DNA of 64,000 nt from an uncultured Verrucomicrobiae bacterium (GTDB lineage Bacteria > Chlamydiota > Chlamydiia > Chlamydiales > Rhabdochlamydiaceae). Under the pieces are notes generated by a model that saw only the letters and a list, made by a program, of their open reading frames with translations, was not told the origin of the DNA and searched no databases. Within the stretch, counting starts at the first letter, position 1, and the number at the start of each line of letters is the position of its first letter. Below are positions 1 to 10,831 of the stretch, piece after piece. The stretch is from NCBI GenBank assembly GCA_963806855.1, contig CAWDYW010000001.1:128001-192000 (forward strand), given 5' to 3'. A program made the position numbers and the translations under genes.

Positions 1-25
1 GCAATAATTCGTTTAATGGTATAAA

Positions 26-889
26 ATGTCACTCAATATGTCAAAAAACTCTTACGATACAATTTCCCAGAAATACCGGCAAAAGGGGGGCGGGGATCTC
101 TCTGAGCAAGAGGTAGAGGCCTATCTCAAGGCCCGGATGCCAGCCACTTTTGCAGCGGTTTCTGCCGTATTGAAGGAGGTCTCAGCCAGAATTACCGAGC
201 CGATACGCAGTTTACTCGATTTAGGCGCGGGGCCTGGAACGGGTGGTCTGGCGGCACGGGAGTTTTTTCCAGAGATTGAACATTGCACATTGGTCGAGCG
301 GAATGAGGCGATGATCAAGAAGGGTAAGGAATTAATTGAAGGTGAATGGATACGGGCCGATATTCAGAGCTATAGTCCCCAAGAGCATGATCTGGTTCTT
401 TTCGCTTATTCATTCGGAGAAATTGCCGGTCAAATTGAGGTGCTGAAAAGAGCTTGGGATGCGGCGAAGGTCTTGGTGATCGTCGAGCCGGGAACGCCGA
501 GGGGATTTGAAAATATTCTCAAAGCGCGGGAGCAGTTGATCCAGTGGGGTGGGAAGATGATTGCTCCTTGTCCCCATGTAAAACGGTGTCCGATGCAGAG
601 TAGATGGTGCCATTTTTCAGTGAGATTAGAGCGGACGCGGGAGCACAGGCTTTTAAAAGGTGGACAGCTTGGTTGGGAGGATGAGAAGTTTTCCTACATT
701 GCTTTTAGCAAGGAAAGTGTAGAAATGGCAAAAGCGCGCATCATTGGCCATCCACAAAAGCTACATGGCAATGTCGCCCTTCAGCTTTGCAGTGAAGAGG
801 GATTGCTTGAGAAAACAATCTCAAAAAAAGAGAAATCCCTCTATAAACAAGCGCGCAAAGCCAAATGGGGAGATCCGTTTATCTTCTAA
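26..889 (+). CDS. Rsm22-family (small ribosomal subunit) SAM-dependent methyltransferase
   Basis: AYLxARMPAT, SAM motif LDLGAGPGTG, IVEPGTPxGF, APCPH..CP..WCHFS and EDEKFSY motifs typical of Rsm22. Confidence 0.85.
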   Translation: MSLNMSKNSYDTISQKYRQKGGGDLSEQEVEAYLKARMPATFAAVSAVLKEVSARITEPIRSLLDLGAGPGTGGLAAREFFPEIEHCTLVERNEAMIKKGKELIEGEWIRADIQSYSPQEHDLVLFAYSFGEIAGQIEVLKRAWDAAKVLVIVEPGTPRGFENILKAREQLIQWGGKMIAPCPHVKRCPMQSRWCHFSVRLERTREHRLLKGGQLGWEDEKFSYIAFSKESVEMAKARIIGHPQKLHGNVALQLCSEEGLLEKTISKKEKSLYKQARKAKWGDPFIF

Positions 890-1138
890 ACAAATTATAG
901 AAGAAGGCGATCACTGCACCGGTGATGAATCCATGCACAAAACCCCAGACTGCGCCGATAATCGCTCCGAGGAAGGATGGCTCATATCCTAGGTATGATG
1001 AGTGCATGACTGCGACAAAATCGATGGTCCATCCAAACATGGCGACCAAACCTGCGATGAAGATCCAAAGTGCCCAAGTGATCCCGAGCCTAGCCCCAGA
1101 CCTAAAATGCTAAAATTTCCTGCTTTTTCTCTAGCCAT
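879..1138 (-). CDS. Small two-TM membrane protein (holin-like); one frameshift near 1090; not in ORF track
   Basis: AAGGAG SD and ATG at 1138. Reads MAREKAGNFSILGLGL, then after a 1-nt shift GITWALWIFIAGLVAMFGWTIDFVAVMHSSYLGYEPSFLGAIIGAVWGFVHGFITGAVIAFFYNLFRR*. Confidence 0.65.
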
Positions 1139-1199
1139 AATTCTCCTTACGGTTATCTAATTTTAGACATGAAGCTTTTTAGAATTAATTTCAAGAGTG

Positions 1200-3763
1200 T
1201 TAAAGCATTTCGCCGGATTGGTGAATCAGTTTGGCGATCAATGCGGTCCACCCCGTTTGGTGAGAGGCTCCTAATCCTTTTCCTGTGTCGCCATTGAAAT
1301 ATTCGTAAAAGAGCAAATGCTCATGTTTTTCATTGCCGAAAACAGGGAGGTTGCCTGCTTGATTAGGGAGGTAAAGCTGGATGAGCCGTTTCGAAAGCTC
1401 AGCGGCGACATCCCATAGATTGAGAAAATGGCCCGATCTGGTTGGAAATTCCACTTTGAGGTCATCGCCATAGTAGTGGTGATAACGTTGGAGCGCTTCG
1501 ATTAAGAGAAAGTTGATGGGGAACCAAATGGGGCCTCGCCAGTTGGAATTACCGCCGAACATCCGGTTGTCGGAATCACCTGGAACATATTTCACTTCGT
1601 AATTCTGCCCTCCGGCTTGGAAGGAGTAGGGATGTTTTTCATGGTATTTGGAAATGGACCGGATGCCATAGGGGGAGAGAAACTCCTCTTCGTCAAGCAT
1701 GTATTTGAGAATCGAAATGAGTTGATCTCTTGTCACAATCGACATCTGGCGTCGTCCCGCGAGCCCCTCTTCATAGAGGCAAGCGATGTTCATACTGACA
1801 TCGGGGCGATTGTGAATAAACCAATCCATGCGCCTTTTAAAGACGGGGATTTTTTCAAGTGTTTCAGGGCGGATCGTTTCAACAGCGAGAAGGGGGAGTA
1901 GGCCGACTAGGGAGCGCACTTTTAGGCGGACGACCCGATCGGGAAGATGAAGAATGTCGTAGAAAAAGCCATCTTCTTCATCCCAAAGGGCATGATGATC
2001 ATGCGCTGAATGGCTCATTGCCCGCGCAATGCGCAAGAAATGTTCAAAAAATTTGGTCGCCATGTCTTGGTAAACCGGCTCTTCTTCAGAGAGGTGAATG
2101 GCAATTTTCATCATCTCAATGCAAAAAAAGCTCATCCATGCGGAGCCGTCTGATTGATCGATATGGCCGCCTGTTGGTAAGTCTCTACTCCGATCGAAGA
2201 CGCTGATATTATCCATCCCAAGGAATCCTCCTTGGAAGATGTTGTTGCCCTCAGCATCTTTTTTGTTGACCCACCAAGTGAAATTGAGGAGGAGTTTGTG
2301 GAAATTTCCTTCGAGAAATGCCCGGTCTTCTTTTCCATATTTTTTGGCGTCGATTTTATAGATTCGAAAGAGGGCCCAAGCTTGAACGGGTGGATTGACA
2401 TCGGAGAAGCACCATTCATTGGCCGGAAATTGCCCATTGGGATGCATATACCACTCCCGCGTCATCAGGGTGAGTTGCCGTTTAGCAAAATCGGAATCAA
2501 TCAGCACCATCGGAAGGCAGTGGAAGGCGCTGTCCCATGAGCAAAAGTAGGGGTATTCCCATTTGTCTGGCATCGAGAGGATATCGAATGTGGTGAGGTG
2601 GTCCCAATCTTGGTTGCGCATTCCAGAGTGGTGGGGGGAGAGGTGGGGATCTCCATCAAGCCACTCATGTTGATTGAGGTAGTAGAATTGCTTGGAGAAG
2701 AGCAGTCCTGCAAAAGCTTGCCGTTGAATTTTCTTGAGCTCGTTCAGAAAGACCCGGTTTTTGAATGGAATTCGTAGAACTCGTCCGTCTCCTTTATCTG
2801 TTTTTCAAAGAGTTCCGTTGCTTTCGAAAAGGGATCTTTCTGTTCTTGATTAGACAGCCGGCAAAGAAAAGTTTTTTGCTCACCGGGCTTAAGTGTAAAG
2901 CGAAGATGGCCGGCCCCCTTTGTCCCCTCTTTTTGCGGGTTGACTGGGTCCCCTTTAATGATGTGCCGATTGAAGGTGTCTTTTGGGTAGGGGCTGCTAT
3001 TTTCGTTATCGCAGAAGAGAAATTCTTCAGAGCCATCAACGTAAAAATAATAGGAGCCCTCTGTGTGGTGGTCCAATTTGATCCCATTTCCCTCTTGATA
3101 GAGGCGGGGTTTTTCTGTTTCATAACCCCAGCTCCAGGTATTGCGAAACCAGACAGTCGGCAGGCAGGTGAGCGGAGCCGTTTCAGGTCCCCGGTTGACG
3201 ATGGTCACAAGGCAGAGGATGTCCTTGGGACCCTCCTTGGCATGTTCAATGATCAGATCGAAATAACGGTTTTGCTCAAAAATCCCGGTGTCGCGTAGTT
3301 GGTATTCGGGATCTCCAAGTCCCCTTTTTCTGCTCTCTTCCCTCAGCTTGGCATAGGGAAATTCTTGCTGGGGATATTTGTAGAGCATTTTGAGATAGGT
3401 AGAGGTGGGTGTCGCATCGAGATAATGGTAGTGTTCTTTGACGCTCTCCCCATGATTCCCCTCGAGATTGCTTAGGCCAAAGAGCCGTTCTTTGAGAATC
3501 GGATCCTTTCCATTCCAGAATGAAAAAGCGAAACAGATTGTCTGAAAGCGGTCGCAGATTCCCCCTAGACCATCCTCTCCCCAACGGTAAACCCGACGAT
3601 TGGCATCATCGAATGGAAAGGTGATCCATGGCTCCCGTCCGGGGTGCTCGCTAATATAATCTTCGCGGACAGTCCCCCACTGCCTCTCGCTCAAATAGGG
3701 ACCCCAATTTTTCCAATTCTCCTCCCGATTTCGGTGCTCAAGGAGTTTATCGTTTTCAGACAT
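1200..3763 (-). CDS. GH63/MGH1-like glucosidase, split by frameshift(s) near 2745-2765
   Basis: WGPYLSERQWGTVREDY, SMPDKWEYP, GGNSNWRGPIW and GLGASHQTGWT motifs. The linker KKIQRQAFAGLL is readable between the two ORFs. Confidence 0.85.
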
Positions 3764-5081
3764 CGATTTTATGAGATGGCGCTTTGAGGTTTTTATTGCT
3801 CTCTAAAAGGGGATCGACCATTTCGCGCAAAAACTGCGCGACTTGTTCCTCTGCTCTTCCTGTATTGGGTGAGCAGCATTGGTCGATCTCTTCAGGAGAA
3901 AGCCCAAGTTGTATGGCAATCTCGACCCCTTGATGGGGATTCTCCCGCAACTTTTTATGGACCTCTTGCCGATCTTTCCCCTTCTTTACAGCACTCATCA
4001 TAATATTTTCCAGTGCTAGAAGTGGCAGTTGCTTGTTCAGATTCTCCTTGATCATCTCAGGATGGATTTGAAGAGTAGAAAAAATGTTTAAGCCTAAGTC
4101 CAAAATCGCATCGGCTGTCAGAAAGGCCTCGGGGATGACGATCCGCCGATTAGCCGAGTCGTCAAGCGATCGCTCCAGCCACTGCGTTGCAAGGGTGTAG
4201 GCTGGATTTTGACAAAGAGAGATCAGCAGACGGGAGAGCCCGCAGATGCGCTCGGAGTAGATGGGATTGATTTTGTGGGGCATCGCTGAAGAGCCCACCT
4301 GCCCTTTCGCCTTGCTTTCCCCCATCTCGCCAAAATGGGCGAGGAGGCGCAAGTCGGTGGCGCATTTGTGCGCGCTTGCCGCGATCCCTTCTAAAACAGA
4401 AAGGACCCGCATATCTTGCTTTCGAGTGTAGGTTTGACCCGCAATGGTCAGCCGCTTTTTAAATCCTATCTCATGGGCGATAAGGGCGTCGAGTTTTTCA
4501 ACCTTCGCGCTGTCGTTTTCCAAAAGGTGCATGAACGAGGCTTGCGTTCCGGTTGCCCCCTTGACGCCGAGAAAATGGAGGCTCTCCTCCCGCTCAATGA
4601 GATCTTGGCAATCGAAGACAAAATCTTGCAGCCACATGCAGATCCGTTTGCCGACTGTCGTCGGTTGCGCCGGTTGCAAGTGGGTATAGGCGAGTGTCGG
4701 GATCGAGGCAGATTCTTGAGCCTTTTTTTTCATTATGGCGATCAGGTGGACTAATTTGGCCTTCAATAGATTTAAGCCTGCTCGCATTTGAATCAAATCG
4801 GTGTTATCGGTCACATAGGCCGAGGTAGCCCCCAGATGGAGGATCCCTTTTGCTTCAGGGGCACAGTCGCCGAATGCATACAGGTGGGCCATCACATCGT
4901 GCTTGAGCTCTTTTTCATATTGGGCCACTTTTTCAAAGTCGATCTCTTCGATGTGACGCTCGAGAGCTTCGATCTGTTTAGATGTAATCGGAAGGCCGAT
5001 CGCTTTTTCTGCTTTGGCAAGGGCAACCCATAGGCGTCGCCAAGTGGCATATTTGTGTTGATCGGAGAAAATAGCCCCCAT
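3756..5081 (-). CDS. purB: Adenylosuccinate lyase
   Basis: HDVMAH, HLGATS, THLQPAQPTTVGKR and signature GSSAMPHKINP. The conserved SPLRSRYAS segment lies in frame just upstream of the called ATG, so the true start may be about 40 nt further 5'. Confidence 0.93.
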   Translation of the reverse strand: MGAIFSDQHKYATWRRLWVALAKAEKAIGLPITSKQIEALERHIEEIDFEKVAQYEKELKHDVMAHLYAFGDCAPEAKGILHLGATSAYVTDNTDLIQMRAGLNLLKAKLVHLIAIMKKKAQESASIPTLAYTHLQPAQPTTVGKRICMWLQDFVFDCQDLIEREESLHFLGVKGATGTQASFMHLLENDSAKVEKLDALIAHEIGFKKRLTIAGQTYTRKQDMRVLSVLEGIAASAHKCATDLRLLAHFGEMGESKAKGQVGSSAMPHKINPIYSERICGLSRLLISLCQNPAYTLATQWLERSLDDSANRRIVIPEAFLTADAILDLGLNIFSTLQIHPEMIKENLNKQLPLLALENIMMSAVKKGKDRQEVHKKLRENPHQGVEIAIQLGLSPEEIDQCCSPNTGRAEEQVAQFLREMVDPLLESNKNLKAPSHKIDV

Positions 5082-5119
5082 CTCACGGCTTGCATACCGG
5101 CTGCGTAGGGGGGAAGAAT

Positions 5120-5855
5120 CTAGAGTTTGCTTTGAATGGATTGTAACACCTCGGTCATCCGTTTTCTTTGCTCTGGGCTTGGCTTAAAGCGGCTGCTCGA
5201 CATCAGTTTCTCCAATTGATGCAGCTGCGCAATCATCTGCTCAGACAAACTCGAGGCCCGTTTATCTTGATCTTCCAATGGAAAGCGCTCCCGGATCAGA
5301 TTGAGCAGCTGCCGTTTTGTCTCGCCCTTGTAATTTTTGATGAGCTCTTCTTTGCTCTCTTGAGGACAATCGCGCGTTGCCAATGTATAAATCGCCTGCC
5401 GGGGCATCGCTTCGACCTTATCTTGCAAACTCTTAGAAAGGCTCGTATAGAGCTCATAATACTGCAAGAAGTTGTAGGGAGTCTGCCGATTGCCATAGGT
5501 CTCCATCAGCCAAGAGCTAAAGGCTCCATCCCGATATTTTTTCAGGATCTCCTGCGCCCGTTTGATCCGCTCCCCATGTAAAATAGCAGCCTGATTGTTG
5601 ATCGCCTTCACTTCAGAGGTGAGTGCGGCAAGAGTTCTTGAGATCGTCGCTGATGTCTTCTAGCTCTCCACGGTATCCCTCGAGGAGATTGCGCAGCAGA
5701 GTCTCTTCAACATCTGTGAGTGGTGTAACGCGAAAGACGCCAGAAAAACTCGACAGATTGCCACTGGTGGACAATTCGGCCAAGTTATTCATTTTCGAGG
5801 TTTTTTCTGGACCTTTTCTGAATCTAAGAGATAAGAGGTCGTTGACTTTTACCAT
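5120..5855 (-). CDS. pGP6-D-related (CT583-like) protein, frameshift near 5625
   Basis: VKAINNQAAILHGERIKRAQ..GAFSSWL..YGNRQTPYNFLQYYE motif; directly downstream of a ParA-family gene, as in chlamydial chromosomes. Confidence 0.85.
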
Positions 5856-5869
5856 ATTGTAAATCCGCT

Positions 5870-6622
5870 TTACATGAGTTTAAGGAGTTCCTTGGAGAGA
5901 GCGATATAATCTTCTGCAGCGCGACTTTTAGGCGCCACTTCGAAGATTGGCTTTCCATGGATGCTGGCTTCAGAAACCATGATATCACGCCGCACTTTTG
6001 TATTTAATAACTTTCCAGGAAATGTTTGGTCGATCAGATCCAAAAAGGCAGAATTGCTTTTGCCGCGCGGATTCCAAAAAGACATCGAAACGCCAATCAC
6101 GCGGAGCGGATGACGGTGGCCGAGATTTTCCATGAATTGTCCCAATCGCTGCAGCCCTTTGACGCTGTAAAATTCCGGGGTGGCGCAGACGAGCGAATAG
6201 TCAGAAGCGATCATCGCTGATTCGGTGAGCCAACAGAGTGAAGGGGGCGTATCGATGATCACCGCATCGTATTTCAACGAGCTGAGTACCTCGCGCAATC
6301 TCTCATGCGAATAGCGGTTGGCGGCGAGATTTCCGGTCACTTCGACCCGCTCGAGCCAGGTGTCGGCAGGGATCAGATCGAGGTTTTTGATTGCTGTTTT
6401 CACAATCACCTGATCGATTGTTTTTGTCCCTTGCAACACGGGGGCTAAGCTATCTTGCGCATCGGGATCGAAGCCGAGCCCGGTGGTCAAATTGGCTTGC
6501 GCATCAAAATCGATGAGAAGCACCTTTTTCTTATGGAACTTGGCAAAAGAAGCGGCGATGTTGAGCGACGTCGACGTCTTTGCCGTTCCCCCTTTAAAAC
6601 TGCTGACTGCGATCTTTTTCAT
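5870..6622 (-). CDS. ParA/MinD-family ATPase (pGP5-D-like)
   Basis: Deviant Walker A FKGGTAKTS, LIDFDAQANLT, IIDTPPSL. Confidence 0.92.
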   Translation of the reverse strand: MKKIAVSSFKGGTAKTSTSLNIAASFAKFHKKKVLLIDFDAQANLTTGLGFDPDAQDSLAPVLQGTKTIDQVIVKTAIKNLDLIPADTWLERVEVTGNLAANRYSHERLREVLSSLKYDAVIIDTPPSLCWLTESAMIASDYSLVCATPEFYSVKGLQRLGQFMENLGHRHPLRVIGVSMSFWNPRGKSNSAFLDLIDQTFPGKLLNTKVRRDIMVSEASIHGKPIFEVAPKSRAAEDYIALSKELLKLM

Positions 6623-8529
6623 ACCTTCTCTAAATAAGATGTAAGCGATTTATCTGCTGATTCTCTTTTGAGTGTACTCAAAACCGAATTAAGATCCAGT
6701 TCTCCGATCACAATATTGTCTCTTCTTCTCACGCTGATTGTCTTATTTTCGACCTCTTCATCGCCAACAGTGAGCATGTAATTGATCTGCAAAAGTTGCG
6801 CGTCCCGAATTTTTTTGCTGACCGATTCGTTGCTCTCGTCGACATCACATTCAAATCCAGCGTCGTGAATTTGACTTGCAATCTCACGCGCATACTCGTT
6901 GTGCCGCTCGGCGACTGGAACGACGCGCACCTGTCGTGGGCTAATCCAGAGGGGGAACCTTCCGGCGAAGTGCTCGATCAAAATCCCAAAGAAACGTTCG
7001 ACCGAACCGAAAATCGCTCTGTGGATCATGATGGGACGTTTATGTTCTCCATCGCTGTCGACATAAGTGAGCTCAAATTTTTCTGGCAAGGACATGTCGA
7101 GCTGCACGGTGCCGCACTGCCAAGAGCGTCCCAGAGCATCGCGGATGTGGATATCGATTTTAGGTCCATAGAACGCTCCATCGCCCTCATTAATCTTGTA
7201 GGACTGACCATAGTCGTCGAGCGCTCCCTTCAATCCGGCAGTCGCCACTTCCCAATCGGCATCTGTTCCGATGCTCTTCTCAGGCCGTGTGGAGAGCTCA
7301 AAACGCCAATCCAATCCAAAAGTGCCATAGATTGTTTCAACCAGTTGAAGAATGCCGAAAATTTCCCCCTTAATATCGCCTGGGCGCATAAAAATATGGG
7401 TATCATCTTGGTGGAAACTGCGGACGCGGAACAATCCATTGAGCGCTCCCGATGCTTCATGTCGATGCACATGGCCAAATTCGGAGACGCGCAGAGGCAA
7501 TTCCCGGTAGCTGTGCATTTCCGAACCAAAGAACAGCATGCAACCAGGGCAGTTCATTGGCTTAAGAGCAAAGTGCCGCTCCTCGATGCCGAAATAGTAC
7601 ATGTTGTCCCGATAGAAATCCCAGTGGCCTGATCGTTGCCATAGATCCTGATTGAGCAGCTGCGGAGTCTTAATTTCAACATAGCCTGCATCGCGCTGCA
7701 ATCCTCTCATGAATTCGATCAGCCGATTCCACACAATCATCCCATGCGGGTGGATAAAGGGCATGCCTGGACCCTCTTCCTTCAGCGAGAACAGATCCAG
7801 TTTCGGCCCAATAATCTTGTGGTCCCGCTTTTTCGCCTCTTCGAGCATGTGCAAATAATCTTTGAGCATTTTTCGATCGGGATAAGCGATCCCATATACA
7901 CGAGTGAGCATCTCCCGATTCTTATCGCCGCGCCAATAGGCCCCCGAAGTCTTCATCACCTTAAAGGCCTTGATTTTCCCCAAAGCAGCCATGTGCGGCC
8001 CTCGGCATAGATCAAAATATTCACCCTGCGAGTAGCCAGTAATAAGCCCCTCGAATTCGCCGATCAGCTCGCTCTTATAGGGATTATTTGTAAACCGACT
8101 AAGAGCTTCCTGTTTGTTTTTGAACTCATGCCGCACCGGTTTGTAATTTTCCTTTAAAATCTTCTCGACTTCCGTCTCGATTTTTTCAAAGTCGGCATCG
8201 GAGATATGCAGATCGGCAAAGTCATAATAGAAGCCATTTTCAATTGGAGGACCAATCGTCGGTTTCGCATTGGGCCAAAGACGCAAGATCGCCTGAGCGA
8301 GTACGTGAGCCGCAGTGTGCCAGAACACCTCTTTGCCTTGGGCATCTTCAAAGTTGAGCAAGATCACCTTGTCCCCCTCATGCAGAGGCGTGTCGAGGTC
8401 TTTCAGCACCCCATTGATATTCGCGGCAATCGCCTGATCAGGCCCCCGCTGATTAAGTTTCTCGGCGAGATCCTTTGCTGAGCTCCCGCTTGGGAGTTCC
8501 ACCATTTTGTTTTGGCATTCGACTAACAT
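6619..8529 (-). CDS. thrS: Threonine--tRNA ligase
   Basis: TGS domain, DLCRGPH, KPMNCPG, GAFYGPKID, IHRAIFGSVERF. Confidence 0.98.
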   Translation of the reverse strand: MLVECQNKMVELPSGSSAKDLAEKLNQRGPDQAIAANINGVLKDLDTPLHEGDKVILLNFEDAQGKEVFWHTAAHVLAQAILRLWPNAKPTIGPPIENGFYYDFADLHISDADFEKIETEVEKILKENYKPVRHEFKNKQEALSRFTNNPYKSELIGEFEGLITGYSQGEYFDLCRGPHMAALGKIKAFKVMKTSGAYWRGDKNREMLTRVYGIAYPDRKMLKDYLHMLEEAKKRDHKIIGPKLDLFSLKEEGPGMPFIHPHGMIVWNRLIEFMRGLQRDAGYVEIKTPQLLNQDLWQRSGHWDFYRDNMYYFGIEERHFALKPMNCPGCMLFFGSEMHSYRELPLRVSEFGHVHRHEASGALNGLFRVRSFHQDDTHIFMRPGDIKGEIFGILQLVETIYGTFGLDWRFELSTRPEKSIGTDADWEVATAGLKGALDDYGQSYKINEGDGAFYGPKIDIHIRDALGRSWQCGTVQLDMSLPEKFELTYVDSDGEHKRPIMIHRAIFGSVERFFGILIEHFAGRFPLWISPRQVRVVPVAERHNEYAREIASQIHDAGFECDVDESNESVSKKIRDAQLLQINYMLTVGDEEVENKTISVRRRDNIVIGELDLNSVLSTLKRESADKSLTSYLEKV

Positions 8530-8565
8530 AAAAAAATTCCTTGAGTGATGAGTTTTAATTATACG

Positions 8566-9702
8566 CTATACTTGTCTAATCTTCAATCTTCTCAGTTTGC
8601 TGAAAACTAGTGCAAACCCTCCATTCCCTGTGACATTGGCGCAGGTGATGACCGGATCGAATAAAATATAAAGAGCGGTGATCAGCGAAGCCATTTCGCC
8701 TGTAAAGCCCAATTGGCTCTCAAGGACAGGCAGCATGACCAAAATCCCTCCGCCTGGGATCCCCGCCACCGAGAACTTGGCCAAGACAAAATAAAAAGCA
8801 AAAGCCAAATAGACTAAAAAAGTGGGCTCCACCATCCCAAAATTCTTCAGCACCGCAAAGGCAAAAATCGGGATGGCAAAGCAATCGCCAATCAGATGGA
8901 CGTTGACAGTGACCGGGATGCTAAGCAAAGCCGATTTTCCTCCATTCTTCTCTGCGCCAATCAAAGTCAAGGGCATCGCCGCCGCGCTCGACATCGTGCT
9001 AAATCCGGCAATCGCCGCCGGCAGCATGTTGCGCAGGCTTGGAAAAAATTGGGACCGGCAAGTCACCAAATAGATCAAGGCAATATAGACAAACTGCGCT
9101 AGCGCGACGATCAAGAAAATGACCGCATAATCGGCGACGATCTGTTTAAGAACCTGGTCATGGATCAGCTTGATGATAAACCCAGCAATAAATAGAGGGA
9201 TGGCATAGCTCAAACATGAGAGAATAGAGTTGACCACTTTGTCAAAATAGCCTGCGATCCTCTGCCCAAGCCGCTGCTGAAAAAATGAGAAAAAGATCCC
9301 CAGCGCAATCCCTGCAAACAAAGCATAATCATTGGGGATCAGCTTGGGCAATTGAAAAACCCAGGCCGGCGCCAACCCTTCCCCCTCCTGTGGCATGACG
9401 ATCGATAAATCGAGCTGATAGATGGCAGAGCCAATCGGATAGCTGATCATAGTCGAGAGGAAATTGGAGCAGCAGATTCCTGCCAAAATCAGCAGAATGA
9501 GCTTCGTTGCATTCCTCGACAATTGAGAAATGGTTTTGAACAAAAGCATGAAAATCAGTATCGGCAGGATGAAAATGATCACCGCCTTTACCGAGAGACT
9601 TAATGCATATAGGATGCTCTTGAGGCTGACTGGGATAAACCGGTCGACCATAATAATAAAAGCTATGAGCGCCAACAATATGATTGGCATTTTCCGAAAC
9701 AT
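8566..9702 (-). CDS. Dicarboxylate/amino acid:cation symporter (DAACS; possibly Ser/Thr)
   Basis: Multi-TM protein with FSTMSSAAAMP and VAGIPGGG motifs; GGAGG SD; substrate inferred from the Thr leader and thrS linkage. Confidence 0.85.
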   Translation of the reverse strand: MFRKMPIILLALIAFIIMVDRFIPVSLKSILYALSLSVKAVIIFILPILIFMLLFKTISQLSRNATKLILLILAGICCSNFLSTMISYPIGSAIYQLDLSIVMPQEGEGLAPAWVFQLPKLIPNDYALFAGIALGIFFSFFQQRLGQRIAGYFDKVVNSILSCLSYAIPLFIAGFIIKLIHDQVLKQIVADYAVIFLIVALAQFVYIALIYLVTCRSQFFPSLRNMLPAAIAGFSTMSSAAAMPLTLIGAEKNGGKSALLSIPVTVNVHLIGDCFAIPIFAFAVLKNFGMVEPTFLVYLAFAFYFVLAKFSVAGIPGGGILVMLPVLESQLGFTGEMASLITALYILFDPVITCANVTGNGGFALVFSKLRRLKIRQV

Positions 9703-9764
9703 GAGAAGACCTCCAAATTTTTTTTATGAACGGGTAGAAACAAATGTAGGATAGGGGGGAACGA

Positions 9765-9833
9765 TTACCGGCGGAGGCCGGTCGTTGTGGTCGTAAGAAG
9801 GGTGGTAAGCTTAAAGGAAGCTTTTCTTCTCAT
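9765..9833 (-). CDS. Thr-rich leader peptide MRRKASFKLTTLLTTTTTGLRR (putative attenuator peptide)
   Basis: 22-codon ORF with 7 Thr codons (5 consecutive: ACG ACC ACA ACG ACC) between a consensus promoter and the symporter-thrS genes. Confidence 0.8.
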   Translation of the reverse strand: MRRKASFKLTTLLTTTTTGLRR

Positions 9834-9841
9834 AATGATCC

Positions 9842-9870
9842 ATTATAGAGTAAAGCCGAGGAATTGTCAA
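9842..9870 (-). promoter_or_regulatory. Sigma70/sigma66 promoter TTGACA-N17-TATAAT
   Basis: Exact consensus: TTGACA (9870-9865), 17-nt spacer, TATAAT (9847-9842), 8 nt before the leader ATG. Confidence 0.85.
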
Positions 9871-9898
9871 TATTGCAAAAACAATTTTTTCTGGCTTA

Positions 9899-9927
9899 GC
9901 GGCAAAGTTGCAAATCAACTTTGCCGC
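9899..9927. repeat. Perfect 12-bp inverted repeat GCGGCAAAGTTG-caaat-CAACTTTGCCGC
   Basis: Read directly; related sites at 12290-12355. Confidence 0.85.
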
Positions 9928-10085
9928 GGATTGTAAAATCTTATGTTTAGTTCTTCTGCAAGAGAATGCGGGCGATAGGATCACATTTTCACAAAAAAAT
10001 TGTTATTAGTTAAATTTTTTTTGATCTTTATAACAATTAGTTAAAGTATAATATATACATAAAGTTATAATTAAGTGAGGAAATT

Positions 10086-10807
10086 ATGAGTGGATTGCCT
10101 GGTATTGGTCAGTGATGCAGATGATGCTGATAGTGATGGTTATTACAATTATGCGAGCCAGTTGGGAAAAAACAGAGGACAGGAGACGGGCCGCAAGAGG
10201 GAGCCACTACTGTCGAGGGGAATGGAAACGACGTAGATACTAAGACATCAGGGGTATTTACATCCGGGTGGGGGTGAATGCAGCCAATGGTTCAAAGCGC
10301 CCCGCTTTCTGTCAAAAGCAGAACAATTGACACTACCTAATGGAATAACTTATACAACTTATGTAGGCGGCTTACAAAACCGCAAGCCTCATGGAAAGGG
10401 GAAAGGGACTGGAGCTAATGGAATAAGTTATGATGGCGAATAGCGAAATGGCGGTTGCATGGAAAGGGAAAATAGTTCGGCCTGATGGAGCCATTTATGA
10501 AGGGGAGTTCAAAATATGGCGATGCATGGAAAGGGAAAACAGATTCGATCTGATGGAACTGTTGCTTATGAAGGCGACTTCCAAAATGGCAAGCGTCATG
10601 GAAAGGGAAAACAGAGGCGACCTGATGGAGCCATTTATGAAGGCGAGTTCAAAAATGACGCGTCATGGAAAGGGAAAATGGGCTCAACCTAATGGAATAA
10701 CTTATGAAGGCGACTTCCAAACTGGCGAGTGGCATGGAAAGGGAAAATGGACTGGACCTAATGGAACAACTTATGAAGGCGCCTGGGTAAATGGTAAAAG
10801 GCTTTGA
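10086..10807 (+). pseudogene. MORN-repeat protein copy A, multiple frameshifts/stops
   Basis: Repeated YEGxFxxGxxHGKGK units; GAGG-ATG at 10086; 5' region homologous to copy B. Confidence 0.75.
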
Positions 10808-10831
10808 ACCGAAACTTTTACTACGATAGGT

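Noticed and set aside
5082..5125. Conserved purB N-terminal motif with no in-frame start codon, as possible fusion or read-through
   Set aside because: More simply explained by another indel or by use of the downstream ATG; not resolvable from sequence alone.
5120..6622. pGP5/pGP6-like genes as an integrated plasmid
   Set aside because: Chromosomal homologues next to thrS are a normal chlamydial feature, and no plasmid integrase or helicase genes are adjacent.
6796..7632. Long antisense ORF inside thrS, and similar shadow ORFs in recB, recC, rpoD and GT4
   Set aside because: Expected by-products of codon bias on the opposite strand; no motifs or ribosome-binding sites.
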